Assembly: GCA_965228735.1 (NCBI GenBank)
Contig: OZ245838.1
Location: 3,616,001 to 3,680,000, forward strand
DNA length: 64,000 bases
Direction: 5' to 3'
DNA from: Planctomycetota bacterium
GTDB taxonomy: Bacteria > Planctomycetota > UBA1135 > UBA2386
Shown here: positions 62,547 to 64,000 of the stretch, one piece after another
How positions within the stretch are numbered: position 1 is the stretch's first letter
How the letters are laid out: every line of letters begins with the position of its first letter
Notes under the pieces: generated by a model
The model's input: the letters and a program-made list of their open reading frames with translations, nothing else
Told to the model about the DNA's origin: nothing
Database searches by the model: none
Position numbers and translations under genes: made by a program

Positions 62547-64000
62547 TCATGCCGGCGCTCCGCCACCCTTCGAAGTTGGCCGGGCTCTTGAAGCCGGCTG
62601 GGCCACCCCGGGAGCCGGCTGGGCCACCCCGGGAGCCGGCTGGGCCACCCCGGGAGCCGGCTTCTCGACGGGTTCGCGCGACGCGCCCCCGTTTCGCCGC
62701 GTCACCTCGTCGACGATGTCGTCGTCGGACAAATACGTGTAGCCCGCGAGCCCTTCCTCGTAGCGCCGCATCAGGTGCTTGGACTCGCGGATGTTGACGC
62801 GGCCGGCGCGCAGCGCGGCCTCGAGGCGTCGCCGCATGCGCCGAACGAGGTCCTGCTTCTCGTACTGCACGTAGCTCAGGACCTCGGTCACGGTGTCGCC
62901 TTCGATCACGCGCTCGATGCTGTAGCCGTGCTCCGGGTCGAGCGACACGTGGATCGCATTGGTGTCGCCGAACAGGTTGTGCAGATCACCGAGGATCTCC
63001 TGGTAGGCACCGACGAGGAACATGCCGAGGTAGTACGGCACGCCGGGCGTGATCGGGTGCACCTCGAGCACGCTCTTGACGTCGCGCAGGTCGATGAACT
63101 TGTCGACCTTGCCGTCGCTGTCGCACGTGAGGTCGGCGAGGATGGCGCGCCGCTCCGGCCGCTCGCCGAGTCGGTGGATCGGCATCGTCGGGAACAGCTG
63201 CTTGACGGCCCAGTGATCCGGCGCCGACTGGAACAGCGAGAAGTTGCAGTAGTAGGTGTCGGCCAGCGCGCGCTCGAGGCCGTGCAACTCCTCCGGCACG
63301 TAGTCGAGCTGGCGCACGATCTCCTGGATCCGCGCGCAGATCGCCCAGAACAGGTTCTCCGCGAGCGCGCGCCCCTTGAGGTCGAGGTAGCCGAGGTTGA
63401 AGAGGCTGATCGCCTCCTCCTTGAGCTGCAGCGCGTCGTGGTAGGTCTCCTGGAAGTTCTTCCGCGAGATACCCCGCAGGCACTGCTGCAGGTTGGCGAT
63501 GGTCTGGTATTCCTCCGTCTCGACCGTGATCTGTCCGGGCACGTCGATCGCCTGGGTCGACACCCCGAGAACATCGAAGATCAGGACCGCGTGGTGCGCC
63601 GTCAGCGCGCGGCCGGACTCGCTCACGATGTCCGGATGCGGGATCTCCTTCTCGTCGCACGCCTGCTGAACGGCGTAGATGACGTCGTTGGCGTACTCCT
63701 GCAGCGAGTAGTTGGCCGAGCTGTGGAAGTTGGTCTTCGACCCGTCGTAGTCGACCGCGAGCCCGCCGCCGACATCGAGGAACTTGAGCCCGGCGCCGAG
63801 CTCGTAGAGCTCGGTGTAGAACCGCGTCGCCTCCTGCAGCGCGTCCTTGATCGCGCGGATCGCGGTGATCTGACTGCCGATGTGGAAGTGCACGAGCTCG
63901 AGGCAGTCGAGCTTGTCCGCCTTCTGCAGCCGTTCGATGACCTTGATCATCTCAGCCGCGGTCAGGCCGAACTTGGACTTCTCGCCGCCCGACTCCTGCC
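62547..64000 (-). CDS. speA: Biosynthetic arginine decarboxylase (5' part outside the window)
   Basis: SGGEKSKFGL, HFHIGSQI, DVGGGLAVDYDG, SESGRA..AHH, NFSLFQS.PD.W, DLTCDSDG, GAYQEILGDLHNLFGDT. Confidence 0.97.
   Translation of the reverse strand, partial: QESGGEKSKFGLTAAEMIKVIERLQKADKLDCLELVHFHIGSQITAIRAIKDALQEATRFYTELYELGAGLKFLDVGGGLAVDYDGSKTNFHSSANYSLQEYANDVIYAVQQACDEKEIPHPDIVSESGRALTAHHAVLIFDVLGVSTQAIDVPGQITVETEEYQTIANLQQCLRGISRKNFQETYHDALQLKEEAISLFNLGYLDLKGRALAENLFWAICARIQEIVRQLDYVPEELHGLERALADTYYCNFSLFQSAPDHWAVKQLFPTMPIHRLGERPERRAILADLTCDSDGKVDKFIDLRDVKSVLEVHPITPGVPYYLGMFLVGAYQEILGDLHNLFGDTNAIHVSLDPEHGYSIERVIEGDTVTEVLSYVQYEKQDLVRRMRRRLEAALRAGRVNIRESKHLMRRYEEGLAGYTYLSDDDIVDEVTRRNGGASREPVEKPAPGVAQPAPGVAQPAPGVAQPASRARPTSKGGGAPA
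62592..62662. repeat. 21-bp tandem repeat x3.4 in the speA 3' end (encodes PAPGVAQ repeats)
   Basis: AGCCGGCTGGGCCACCCCGGG at 62592, 62613 and 62634, partial copy at 62655. Confidence 0.9.

Overview
High-GC bacterial chromosome segment, most likely from an uncultured Planctomycetota/PVC lineage. This is inferred from 16S signatures, a short ~109-nt 5S, and planctomycete-style secreted and kinase proteins. It is mostly core and envelope genes: a complete linked 16S-23S-5S operon on the minus strand with no ITS tRNA, trxB, tandem-domain thyX, an RluA-family synthase, rpsU with a long C-terminal tail, recD2, metF, queF, lpxA, a PTS enzyme I homologue, modABC and speA. It also carries an LPS/lipid-modification block (GT2, LAB_N, ArnT-like, GT9, and a divergent UbiA-family gene), an ABC/HlyD/TolC exporter, a Ser/Thr kinase, a GT87 <> ino1-asnB-like trio and a TetR operon with twin palindromic operators. 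I found no CRISPR array, transposase, integrase or prophage. The most unusual signals are: (i) several apparently catalytically degenerate homologues (two M16 subunits coupled to lpxA, an enzyme I lacking its catalytic Cys, an ABC subunit with all ATPase motifs eroded); (ii) the inositol-phosphate synthase/amidotransferase/GT87 association; (iii) repeated -10-like boxes 6-8 nt before start codons, suggesting leaderless mRNAs; (iv) several non-coding repeats. All calls come from reading motifs by eye; no database search was run.
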